Shown: positions 1 through 11,540 of the stretch, one piece after another
Position numbering within the stretch: the stretch's first letter is position 1
Layout of the letters: each line of letters opens with the position of its first letter
DNA from: Auanema rhodensis
Taxonomy: Eukaryota > Animalia > Nematoda
Assembly: GCA_964057225.1 (NCBI GenBank)
Contig: OZ059899.1
Span: forward strand, 11,408,001-11,472,000
Direction of reading: 5' to 3'
DNA length: 64,000 nt
Translations under genes and position numbers: made by a program
The notes under the pieces: generated by a model
What the model was told of the DNA's origin: nothing
Seen by the model: the letters and a program-made list of their open reading frames with translations, nothing else
Database searches by the model: none

Positions 1-39
1 TTATTAGACCCACGCTCTAACCGACTGAGCTATGGCGGC
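1..39 (-). tRNA. tRNA-Ile(AAT), 5' part, cut by window edge
   Basis: Identical to the 5' half of the array tRNA. Confidence 0.85.
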
Positions 40-638
40 TACGAAAGTACGAAATAACAAAGCGCTGATTATAGGAAACGTGAATGAATGCAGATATTCT
101 CAATTCCGATTCATTGACTAGATCGTGGTCAGCATTTTACAACATTGATAAAATAGAAACTGAGAAAAAAACGTCAACAAATGACACTATTAACTTGGTT
201 TTTTGAACAGCTTTTTTATATTTCTTTTTTCACTATGAGAGAACTTATATTTATTGCTTTTTCAAAATTTTCCATTTTTAACATTATACATCTTGACTAT
301 CACACATTGAGAACAACAGTTGGCAATGTTGGTTGTCACGTCATATTTCATGCAGTTAGATTTTCAGACACATTAATACCTTTGACCATTCTTCTTATGA
401 GTTTTGTAACGATAGATCGTAATAGGAAATAGGAAGTGAATTGCTATAATATGAAAAAATACAAGACATAGTCAACATTGATTTCCCCAAATAGTATCAT
501 GTTTGCTTGTTATTCAATTAGAACACTTATTTTTTGATTGTTTTCTTGAAATATTCTTTTTTTTCTTTAACAAAGTTATGACTGAGATCAAAATTTGAAC
601 TTACTTTTGAACAATTAAACAGAAATTTAAAAAATATT

Positions 639-686
639 TGCCGCCAGCAGGGGTCGAACCTGCGACCTTGGGCTTATTAGACCCAC
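639..686 (-). pseudogene. 5'-truncated tRNA-Ile(AAT)
   Basis: 3' half and anticodon arm only; sequence then switches to BEL LTR DNA. Confidence 0.9.
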
Positions 687-695
687 ATTTTTTTT

Positions 696-1687
696 CATTT
701 TGAAGATAGAGGGCTCTTCAAATAGCCTCCCAGGTTCACACTTTCTATTCTATGCCCTGTTAACGTAAAAGACTATTAGAGGAAGAAAGATTCATTCATA
801 TGCCATTCAGATATACATAATACAGAATATAAGGACTAGAAGATATATAATAAGACTAGATAAAGTACATAGAAGACTAGAGTGAATGTAATAAGACTAG
901 ATATACATCACTAATAAGACTAGAGATAGTCTTACTAAAGGACAAGGATAAAACGGTGGTTCAGACTAGATGAGTCATAAGATAAAGACAGCAACGAGGA
1001 GAGAGAAAAGCGACCGTCCGCGACGGTGGTATAAAACAGAGTGCCCGTGAATCTCATCAGCCAACGTGATGAGATTGCATCGATTGAATGATGAATAATC
1101 GCATTCGCGATATTCCGGGCCAGGAGAGAGAAATCAGAACTGATTTCATTCTGCTAGTTCCTCCGCAAACTGCAGCTTGCATAATACACCAGGATGATCG
1201 TGGTCCAGTCCGCTTCCTTTGCACACATGACATATTTTCTTCATCTTCTCCACTGCTAGTTCCTCCGCAAACTGCAGCTTGCATAATACACCAGGATGAT
1301 CGTGGTCCAGTCCGCTTCCTTTGCACACATGACATATTTTCTTCATCTTCTCCACACACGGTTTTCCAAAGTGGTTCCGCAAACACTTCAAGCACATGTT
1401 GATCAACTTGCAACGCTTGACGCGTTGTGCTGCAGTCTTGTAGACTGTGCATTTTCCCATGGTGTGGCCCTTCTTCCAACAGAGTTGACATTTCATGTCT
1501 TCTTCCATTTTTCTGTACTTCACTTTAGAGTTGTTCTGCTTTTTTGGTGCAGACATATTCTGACTTTTGTTAGGCATCTTTGCGTTGCCGTTATCCTGGA
1601 GTTGATCAAGGGAATCGCTCCATTCTTTGATGTTATCAAGACTGAAATAATGATGGTTTTTATACATAGTATACCTCCCCCCGGCGA
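696..1687 (-). mobile_element. Duplicated copy of BEL family-1 LTR plus PPT
   Basis: Direct copy of 9561-10450 with an extra 102-bp internal duplication (1151-1354). Confidence 0.85.
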
Positions 1688-1691
1688 ACAT
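1146..1691 (-). CDS. LTR-encoded zinc-knuckle ORF, four knuckles after in-frame duplication; likely start MYKNHH
   Basis: CQLCWKKGHTMGKC, CLKCLRNHFGKPC and 2x CHVCKGSGLDHDHPGVLC. Confidence 0.55.
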   Translation of the reverse strand: MFAGGRYTMYKNHHYFSLDNIKEWSDSLDQLQDNGNAKMPNKSQNMSAPKKQNNSKVKYRKMEEDMKCQLCWKKGHTMGKCTVYKTAAQRVKRCKLINMCLKCLRNHFGKPCVEKMKKICHVCKGSGLDHDHPGVLCKLQFAEELAVEKMKKICHVCKGSGLDHDHPGVLCKLQFAEELAE

Positions 1692-2038
1692 TATACATCT
1701 TGACTATCACACATTGAGAACAACAGTTGGCAATGTTGGTTGTCACGTCATATTTCATGCAGTTAGATTTTCAGACACATTAATACCTTTGACCATTCTT
1801 CTTATGAGTTTTGTAACGATAGATCGTAATAGGAAATGAATTGCTATAATATGAAAAAATACAAGACATAGTCAACATTGATTTCCCCAAATAGTATCAT
1901 GTTTGCTTGTTATTCAATTAGAACACTTATTTTTTGATTGTTTTCTTGAAATATTCTTTTTTTTCTTTAACAAAGTTATGACTGAGATCAAAATTTGAAC
2001 TTACTTTTGAACAATTAAACAGAAATTTAAAAAATATT

Positions 2039-2112
2039 TGCCGCCAGCAGGGGTCGAACCTGCGACCTTGGGCTTATTAGACCCACGCTCTAACCGACTG
2101 AGCTATGGCGGC
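2039..2112 (-). tRNA. tRNA-Ile(AAT)
   Basis: GCCGCCA TA GCTC AGTCGGTTA GAGC G TGGGT CT AAT AA GCCCA AGGTC GCAGG TTCGACC CCTGC TGGCGGC A; full cloverleaf, A/B boxes, T6 terminator 4 nt downstream. Confidence 0.97.
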
Positions 2113-2703
2113 TACGAAAGTACGAAATAACAAAGCGCTGATTATAGGAAACGTGAATGAATGCAGATATTCTCAATTCCGATTCATTAACTAGATCGTG
2201 GTCAGCATTTTACAACATTGATAAAATAGAAACTGAGAAAAAAACATCAACAAATGACACTATTAACTTGGTTTTTTGAACAGCTTTTTTATAATTCTTT
2301 TTCACTATGAGAGAACTTATATTTATTGCTTTTTCAAAATTTTCCATTTTTAACATTATACATCTTGACTATCACACATTGAGAACAACAGTTGGCAATG
2401 TTGGTTGTCACGTCATATTTCATGCAGTTAGATTTTCAGACACATTAATACCTTTAACCATTCTTCTTATGAGTTTTGTAACGATAGATCGTAATAGGAA
2501 ATGAATTGCTATAATATGAAAAAATACAAGACATAGTCAACATTGATTTCCCCAAATAGTATCATGTTTGCTTGTTATTCAATTACAACACTTATTTTTT
2601 GATTGTTTTCTTGAAATATTCTTTTTTTTCTTTAACAAAGTTATGACTGAGATCAAAATTTGAACTTACTTTTGAACAATTAAACAGAAATTTAAAAAAT
2701 ATT

Positions 2704-2777
2704 TGCCGCCAGCAGGGGTCGAACCTGCGACCTTGGGCTTATTAGACCCACGCTCTAACCGACTGAGCTATGGCGGC
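2704..2777 (-). tRNA. tRNA-Ile(AAT)
   Basis: Same 74-nt cloverleaf. Confidence 0.97.
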
Positions 2778-3260
2778 CACGAAAGTACGAAATAACAAAG
2801 CGCTGATTATAGGAAACGTGAATGAATGCAGATATTCTCAATTCCGATTCATTAACTAGATCGTGGTCAGCATTTTACAACATTGATAAAATAGAAACTG
2901 AGAAAAAAACATCAACAAATGACACTATTAACTTGGTTTTTTGAACAGCTTTTTTATAATTCTTTTTCACTATGAGAGAACTTATATTTATTGCTTTTCT
3001 GTACTTCACTTTAGAGTTGTTCTGCTTTTTTGGTGCAGACATATTCTGACTTTTGTTAGGCATCTTTGCGTTGCCGTTATCCTGGAGTTGATCAAGGGAA
3101 TCGCTCTATTCTTTGATGTTATCAAGACTGAAATAATGATGGTTTTTATACATATATACACCTCCCCCCGGCGAAATGATAAATTGTGTAGGACTGGTGT
3201 AAATCAAATTGAACAATCGTTTGCTATGATAGGGAACTAAGAAATCGAGAAAATAAATCG

Positions 3261-3332
3261 AGGACTCACTGGGTATTGAACCCGTCATCAATCACTGAGA
3301 GTGCGTACCCTTAGCCACTGCGCTATGACTGG
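3261..3332 (-). ncRNA. Degenerate tRNA-like Pol III unit (CT-CTC-AG loop, Glu-like)
   Basis: A-box TAGCGCAGTGG, B-box GGTTCAATACC, tRNA-like spacing over 72 nt, TTTT about 8 nt downstream; stems pair poorly. Confidence 0.5.
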
Positions 3333-6300
3333 CTCGAACTACAATCTTGAACAACAAATGAATTGTGAAAAAAAATGATGCGAAAAGGAATTGCGCAGGT
3401 AATAAGTATTTGTATGGGTAAATATGCTAAGAGAGCGGGTGTACTTGACAACTGGAAGACGCGGTCAATTACGGCGGTTACAAAGCCGAGTACTGTGATC
3501 AAAACACTCAATAGTATTACGATCGTTTTAAGGTAGTCCGAGTAAAACGAAACAAGTGAGCTGATTAAGTGAGTGGGTACAAAAAAGCTCGGTATGGTAA
3601 ACTCGACGTTCAGGAGACTGAATGAACTGTTTGTAATCTGATGAGTGGACTGTTCAAAACCTATGTATTCGTTCACGTAGTACAAGTTGCCTTTGAGATG
3701 TAATGTGGCGGAAGTACACGGATGAGTACACGTTATAGACGGTGTTGAAAAATTGCTCTGTATGCGAATAGAGTTGTTGTAACCCTGAGAATTGCATGTA
3801 AGCAGAAATTCTTCATCGTCGCACGAAATTCAAATGTGGGATGATGTACTAATGCAAGTAATGATTGTTGTTGCTCCAGTAACACAGTCAAAACATCCAA
3901 CTAGGTCTTTGGATTCTAGTTCGCAAATAGTAGGACTATTGTCGTATTCATAAGTGACATCTGAGATATTTGTCCACATTTTAATGTCAACAGCGCTTAT
4001 GGGATGAGCAAAAATGAGATTGTTTTTTGGGATCATGGTCAGAGATGGAAGAGATAATGGTAGGGTGTAGTTATTAGTATAGAGCATGTTAGGATTGTTG
4101 TCCTGACAATAGCAATTTTCGACTGTTTCGGCTGGTCTGCATGAACATGTGTCTGTTGCAGTACATTCGGAGAATGGGTCAGCGGTTTTAACTTTTCCGC
4201 ACGAGTATGAAAATGTAGCAGAGTGAGGTAAAACTGCAATTCTCGAGTTGGAAGTAATGAATCGTCTATGGAGGATTTCATTATCAGAATATGTTATTCT
4301 CCCAAGAGTAATATGGTACCCGTTAATGATTTTTGTAGAGTGTGGTAAAAAGGGGACGTGCGAGAGCGTTTCAGTTTTGTTCTCAATAGCTGTATGGATG
4401 CTAATCTGGAGAAAAACCCTAGGTGTCCATCGTGAGCAGTAGAAAACTTCGTGGGTGATATTGTCATTGGGAACATGAAAGTTGCGATAGAAGAGACAAC
4501 CAGAAGTTGGCAACGCACAACCGCATGATAGAAATCCACAGCTTTCTGAACAATAGCTGGTACCTGGATATTGGTTGGCTAATGAGAGTTCTGAGATTGA
4601 TGTATTGGGTCGAACGTTCGCACAAAACGATCCTACACAAGAGCCCATATGGGGACACCGTTTTGCGGATTCAGTTTTTACGATGGTGTGACGTGTAAAA
4701 AATAAGGATACTTTCGTGCACAGTATACGTGTATACATAAGTTTGATGCGCAGGTGTGAGTTCGTGAGGGGATTGGCGTATGATCGGTTTGAATGTGAAG
4801 TTGTAAAACATACCTCATTATCGTAAGTATGGAGGGTGGTGGAGCTGCTGACTTGGTTGACTTGGTGGGTAGGTGATAAGTTCGAGACGGAGTTGCCTGG
4901 AACATGTGATATACTCGGAGGAACAATAGTACATGCATTAACTACAAGAGATTCAATCAAAAAAATGACGATTATTGCAACCAAAAGATACCCGACTCGG
5001 TGAACTAATCGGTCACGTTGTCGTGATCGTTGTGAGGGTGTAGACTTCTGCCATCGAGGTAGCTTGTGAGAACTGAGCGGGACGTACTCGAGTACCGATC
5101 GTTCTTCCTGAATAGAGATATGAGATCTTATATGAGAGGGGAGACATTGAGTGATCATACGCCAAACGGAAAAAAGGGTGTATTGTGCAATATGAACAAA
5201 TTTTTTAGAACAAATTCGGATGACTATGATGCTTAAAAGAATGCTAAATAGAATGAGCCATATGATGAGTGCGGTCGCCGAGAGTGCTGCGTATGGGAAA
5301 CAAGATGGGTTGTGGAGTAGTTCAAGACAGAACAGACATTGAATCATATCGCAAAACGGAGTTGCTGGACAATCCAGTTGATGCAATGCAAATGTGTCAT
5401 TTTTATCGATAATATGTCGTGAGATGAATGTGTGGTCATGCAATACAACATGAGCCGGAAATACTATGGTGAAGTTGGGAGTATTTGGGTTGTACTCTAC
5501 ACATGTTTCCCGGGCACAAACTCGGATGGGATGTCCAGTACCGCAGTTTGATATGCCTACTCCTCCTTTGATGCAAGAGAACTGGCAGATGTTGGTTGCG
5601 GACATTGGATTGACGAGAATACCCAGTATCATGGCTATGAAAAAATGTGTGTAACTGGGGAGACGTTGTCGTTTTCGAGGTTGTGGTTCATTTTCACCTT
5701 CATCATCTGCAATGGTGATCACTTCGATGTCATCATCATCGTTGATAGTGATAACGTTTGGGTCTATCACGTTTTCAGTTGTATTGGGTCCGGTCGATGT
5801 GCTGGTTTCCACAACGGTGGAGGATATTTCGTTATCGAGTAAAATGACCTCTGGAGTTTCTTTAAACGTGACAGTTTTGTCTGATTTGTGTGGGGACTGC
5901 GTATGCCTGTTTTCCGTATGATGCTCGTTGTCGGAAGGAATTTCAAGGGGAATCAGGCGATTGATGGGTCTAAATAGTTTGTGTCCATCAGATGTACGGA
6001 CTTCTGCAACTCTCACAGATTCCGTGTTCTGTATGCTTGTTATTAAACCCATTTTCCACTGGTTTCGTTTCGTATTGTCATCTGACATTAGCACTACTGT
6101 GCCTACTTTTGGTGTAGCTGTGGAGAAATGTCCTTGCTTGTGATCCAATATGTGTGTTGCTCGAAGGGCGACGACATATTCATTATGCCATCGTTGCCAA
6201 AATTTGTCAAGTGTTTTCTGAATGTTGTTTAAATGTTTTTGTATTCCAGAAAAGAAACTCATCTCTAAATTTTTTCTGGAGTATTTCATTCTGTTCATGT

Positions 6301-6937
6301 CATTTTGCAATGTTGTTGAGTCATGTACTGTAGAGTCAAATGAACTCTGATAGTCATCGAGTTCATCTCGGCGAAGTTGGATAAGTTGAGTATATTTCTC
6401 AACTTCGCCTGTGTTCACAATGAGATCTCTCTCATCACAATAGTCCAAAATGCCCTTGATCAGTTTTGCAACTGTGGGCGGATGTTCTTCGCCAATGTCT
6501 TTGGTGACAAGTTGGTCGATTTCATGAGCTTTCATGGTCTTATGGGCTTGAGGGTGTTTGGCCAACATCCTTTTATAGCTACCTTGGTATAATTCCAACC
6601 AAGTTGCTGGGTAGTCCACATGGGTGCGTTCCTCGAGCACCACTCGATGTTCGTCTAACTGATCTCGTAGTGATCGGAAGACGTCCCCAACCGGGATGGC
6701 TTTATAATATATACGCATCAAGCTAGGCTTGTGCATATGTATGAACTCTCGACATCTGTCAATGTCATCAACCGGGGGGAAGATGAATGCTTGATGGTAC
6801 GGGAGGATGTCCTCCTTCACCGTGTTGAACAACTTCAACGCGTGAGTTATATTTCTTTTTAAACAACTTAACTGTCTTGCTAAGGCAGTCAGGTTACGAG
6901 TTTCCTTTTCCGATGGAGAAGAGGGACTCATAATCAT
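3323..6937 (-). pseudogene. N-terminal helical region / integrase C-terminal region / Gn-Gc env fusion ORF with one in-frame stop at 3830-3832
   Basis: FWQRWHNEYVVALR...RPINRLIPLEI (BEL post-integrase region); Cys-rich Gc motif KRCPHMGSC...CSESCGFLSCGCALPTSGCLFYR; frame stays open past the TGA into ORF 3323-3685, which holds the TM anchor. Confidence 0.85.
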
Positions 6938-9550
6938 TTTGTTTGAAGAGAAATATTATTGTTCAAGTTAATTTTGTGTTTAATCTAGCTAATTTGTGGA
7001 TTGATTATTAAAATCAATTGAATTAAAGTCCGAATATAATAGCTGTCGATAGAAGGAATAACAATATATAATATAAATAGGAGAAAAAAATGCGAAGATA
7101 AGAAAAAATATGCAAGTAATATAAGCAAATAAGATAAGCAAATAGTTCACTATTAGAAGGTACAATGAATATTTAGTTGAATATTTGTTAACAGTTTTTT
7201 CTTTGGAGAGTTATACTGTTAGTTTTTTCGTGTAGTTGTTACTGTTTCGTTAAATTACGTGTGTGGAATCTTTTGTAAAAAAATGTATGTTTTATCTTTT
7301 GAATATATATATATTTTTTTTTGTTAGCTAAGTTAGTATATTTTTAATTTTTTTTTTTTTTAAATGGAGATTGTTCAGGCAAAGATAATTCAATAAGTAT
7401 CTTTCTCTGGTTAAAAAAGAAAAATTGGATGATTCACTAGATGAGAGAACAATTCAAGTTGAGAGATTACTGTAGGAAATAGAGAGAAAAAATTGAGTTT
7501 CCCAAAATCGATCAAAAAATGTGAGCAAACTAGCTTGGATGAATTCAGTAAAGTTTTCTGAGTAATTTGATACTAAATATGCTGTTGTTTTTTATCAAAA
7601 AATATAATATCAATATTAATATTAATTGGTTGAAATATAATAAGGATATCCAAAAAGTATTCAAAATATTATTGTTTGATTGATCAGAAAGTATGTGTAT
7701 GAAAAGGATGAGTGATTTGAGACAAAAGATTTATTTCTGGACAGATGAACAAAGGAAATTGTATAAGATAACAGATGTGAATGAAATATAAACAATATAA
7801 AATGTGAAATAATAAAATTAAAATAAAACAAATTGAAATTATAAAATAACTTACCAACTTAATGTAAATGTATAATTGATACCAGAGAGTATCAATTCAA
7901 ATTCAATAAGCGGTTAAAGTGTTAATGCGAACAAATGAAAACTAACTTGATTCTCCTTGAGGATCCTTGATGTCGATTGTCCTTGTCTGGTGAATAGGTT
8001 AGCAGATGGCGTCGGGTGCTGTGGCTGGTTGTAGCGGCGGAATGAATGACCTGTCTGGCAGCTAGGCCGTGTGGGATGTTAAGAGGGAGGAGCTAATCTG
8101 CAAAAAGTATATGTAAGATTATTAAATGAGATTATTTAATGCATTTGAAACAAAACGAGTGGGTTAACTTCTCATAACATTTTAAAATGTTTTGATATTC
8201 CATGTCATTCGATGATGACCTAGATAATGTGTGAGAGATGTTTGCGTGGTGCTAATGGCGCCGCACCAGGTCAATGAACAGATGGCAACATCTTTTGTCT
8301 TTTTTCGCGTATCTTGTCAACATATTTGCTAAAATCGACTTTTTGGTGCAAAATGTTGGAAATATCTCTTAACCTTTGCTGGGATGGGATATTATGATGT
8401 TTTGTGATTTTTCACAGAAATTTTCATCTGCGTAGGATTTTAACAATATAGTTAATGTATTTTGTCCTATAGAACGTGGGTGATGATCTTATATAAGATA
8501 AAATATATAAATTTTATGAATTTCATGATTTGGACTCTGACCTTTCTCATTGACCCGTTCGTCGTCGTTACATATGACTCATATGGTTGGAAACAATAGA
8601 TTTACAGACAATGGATGAATAAAGAAATTTAAAAAACTATAAAACAAGCCGTAAATAGTAAAAACTCGGAACTCTTTCGCATTTTTATATAAACAACACC
8701 TACCGAGAGTGCAAGGGTACCAAACAAACATCAACAAGTAGGTCAACAGACGTTCCTTGTTGATAGGCTCCTTCCACACATGTTCACAAATAATCGTTGA
8801 TCTCTAAGATACTGACTCCTTTACAGATGAGGAAACAGACAGCATTACTCATATAGCAAGGAGACATTGGTCTAAGATGCCTTTTAGTCACCTATTCAAT
8901 TGATTCACAATTGTTAAAATAACTTTTGCACTCGGAGTCTATCAAAACTGTTTACAATGATTATTAAAAGTCACGTAAAATATAAAAGATATAAAAAGGT
9001 CTCAAAATCAAAGAATAAATGAATAAATAGCGTTTTTAGACGGTAGCTCTGCTAATGCGTAATTCATATCATTGTTTCTCACTGTCCTCAGTCAGTAGAA
9101 ATAAGATCGCCATAAAATGTGTTTGTTGGTACTTTGTCTGCATTTTTCTCGTACTCTCGCATATTCTTCCTAGGAAAATACTGTGAAACATAATAAGGGG
9201 TGATCAATCCCAGCTGAGTCACTGCCGGCAAGTTAAAGGAAGTAGCCATTGGGTAATCCAATAGAGTTTATATAGCGAACAACCCACTATGTTACTTTCT
9301 GTAATCATGTGGTACAAAAATATGGTATCAACCAAAATTTTAAATAATGTTTAATTATCACTGATATCTAGACAATATTTAACAACCAATTATGTCGTAC
9401 TGACAGATGATTCCTTTAGAGTATTTAGATCATTGAACTTATACTGTAAAGGACATCCAACGAGTCACTATTAACGAGCAGACTGGCTTGAAGAAAAAAA
9501 AGAAAAAAGATAAAGTAGCGCAATAGAAAGGTCATAGAGTAGAAAGTGAT

Positions 9551-9562
9551 GCCGATGCACCA
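9551..9562 (-). promoter_or_regulatory. Primer-binding site, tRNA-Gly type (family 1)
   Basis: TGGTGCATCGGC, complementary to a tRNA 3' end ...CGATGCACCA, adjacent to the LTR. Confidence 0.75.
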
Positions 9563-10010
9563 TTTTGAAGATAGAGGGCTCTTCAAATAGCCTCCCAGGT
9601 TCACACTTTCTATTCTATGCCCTGTTAACGTAAAAGACTATTAGAGGAAGAAAGATTCATTCATATGCCATTCAGATATACATAATACAGAATATAAGGA
9701 CTAGAAGATATATAATAAGACTAGATAAAGTACATAGAAGACTAGAGTAAATGTAATAAGACTAGATATACATCACTAATAAGACTAGAGATAGTCTTAC
9801 TAAAGGACAAGGATAAAACGGTGGTTCAGACTAGATGAGTCATAAGATAAAGACAGCAACGAGGAGAGAGAAAAGCGACCGTCCGCGACGGTGGTATAAA
9901 ACAGAGTGCCCGTGAATCTCATCAGCCAACGTGATGAGATTGCATCGATTGAATGATGAATAATCGCATTCGCGATATTCCGGGCCAGGAGAGAGAAATC
10001 AGAACTGATT

Positions 10011-10454
10011 TCATTCTGCTAGTTCCTCCGCAAACTGCAGCTTGCATAATACACCAGGATGATCGTGGTCCAGTCCGCTTCCTTTGCACACATGACATAT
10101 TTTCTTCATCTTCTCCACACACGGTTTTCCAAAGTGGTTCCGCAAACACTTCAAGCACATGTTGATCAACTTGCAACGCTTGACGCGTTGTGCTGCAGTC
10201 TTGTAGACTGTGCATTTTCCCATGGTGTGGCCCTTCTTCCTACAGAGTTGACATTTCATGTCTTCTTCCATTTTTCTGTACTTCACTTTAGAGTTGTTCT
10301 GCTTTTTTGGTGCAGACATATTCTGACTTTTGTTAGGCATCTTTGCGTTGCCGTTATCCTGGAGTTGATCAAGGGAATCGCTCCATTCTTTGATGTTATC
10401 AAGACTGAAATAATGATGGTTTTTATACATAGTATACCTCCCCCCGGCGAACAT
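10011..10454 (-). CDS. LTR-encoded triple zinc-knuckle ORF (BEL Gag nucleocapsid-like); the listed ATG is created by the array junction, likely start MYKNHH
   Basis: CX2CX4HX4C, CX2CX3HX4C and a third C-C-H-C knuckle with a basic linker. Confidence 0.6.
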   Translation of the reverse strand: MFAGGRYTMYKNHHYFSLDNIKEWSDSLDQLQDNGNAKMPNKSQNMSAPKKQNNSKVKYRKMEEDMKCQLCRKKGHTMGKCTVYKTAAQRVKRCKLINMCLKCLRNHFGKPCVEKMKKICHVCKGSGLDHDHPGVLCKLQFAEELAE

Positions 10455-10801
10455 TATACATCTTGACTATCACACATTGAGAACAACAGTTGGCAATGTT
10501 GGTTGTCACGTCATATTTCATGCAGTTAGATTTTCAGACACATTAATACCTTTGACCATTCTTCTTATGAGTTTTGTAACGATAGATCGTAATAGGAAAT
10601 GAATTGCTATAATATGAAAAAATACAAGACATAGTCAACATTGATTTCCCCAAATAGTATCATGTTTGCTTGTTATTCAATTAGAACACTTATTTTTTGA
10701 TTGTTTTCTTGAAATATTCTTTTTTTTCTTTAACAAAGTTATGACTGAGATCAAAATTTGAACTTACTTTTGAACAATTAAACAGAAATTTAAAAAATAT
10801 T

Positions 10802-10875
10802 TGCCGCCAGCAGGGGTCGAACCTGCGACCTTGGGCTTATTAGACCCACGCTCTAACCGACTGAGCTGTGGCGGC
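10802..10875 (-). tRNA. tRNA-Ile(AAT), U8C variant
   Basis: GCCACAGCTC instead of GCCATAGCTC. Confidence 0.9.
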
Positions 10876-11466
10876 TACGAAAGTACGAAATAACAAAGCG
10901 CTGATTATAGGAAACGTGAATGAATGCAGATATTCTCAATTCCGATTCATTAACTAGATCGTGGTCAGCATTTTACAACATTGATAAAATAGAAACTGAG
11001 AAAAAAACATCAACAAATGACACTATTAACTTGGTTTTTTGAACAGCTTTTTTATAATTCTTTTTCACTATGAGAGAACTTATATTTATTGCTTTTTCAA
11101 AATTTTCCATTTTTAACATTATACATCTTGACTATCACACATTGAGAACAACAGTTGGCAATGTTGGTTGTCACGTCATATTTCATGCAGTTAGATTTTC
11201 AGACACATTAATACCTTTAACCATTCTTCTTATGAGTTTTGTAACGATAGATCGTAATAGGAAATGAATTGCTATAATATGAAAAAATACAAGACATAGT
11301 CAACATTGATTTCCCCAAATAGTATCATGTTTGCTTGTTATTCAATTACAACACTTATTTTTTGATTCTTTTCTTGAAATATTCTTTTTTTTCTTTAACA
11401 AAGTTATGACTGAGATCAAAATTTGAACTTACTTTTGAACAATTAAACAGAAATTTAAAAAATATT

Positions 11467-11540
11467 TGCCGCCAGCAGGGGTCGAACCTGCGACCTTGGG
11501 CTTATTAGACCCACGCTCTAACCGACTGAGCTATGGCGGC
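11467..11540 (-). tRNA. tRNA-Ile(AAT)
   Basis: Array consensus cloverleaf. Confidence 0.97.

Larger units (their letters stand above)
1..686 (-). repeat. tRNA-Ile(AAT) tandem array unit (continues beyond left edge of window)
   Basis: Same ~666-bp unit as 10450-27036; 5' part of a tRNA at 1-39 and a truncated tRNA at 639-686. Confidence 0.95.
1688..2995 (-). repeat. Two tRNA-Ile array units
   Basis: Unit sequence; shares private variants with 10450-11760. Confidence 0.95.
2996..10450 (-). mobile_element. Internally deleted, non-autonomous env-bearing BEL/Pao LTR element (family 1)
   Basis: Upstream LTR ~9563-10437; PBS TGGTGCATCGGC at 9551-9562; PPT GCCGGGGGGAGG at 3161-3172 followed by TG; truncated 3' LTR 2996-3160; ORF with integrase C-terminal and phlebovirus-like env motifs but no PR/RT/RNaseH/IN core. 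Confidence 0.85.

Noticed and set aside
3830-3832. Programmed readthrough at the env TGA (and at the Gypsy TAA, 51897)
   Set aside because: Both fall inside domains of elements with other lesions; simple nonsense mutations are more parsimonious
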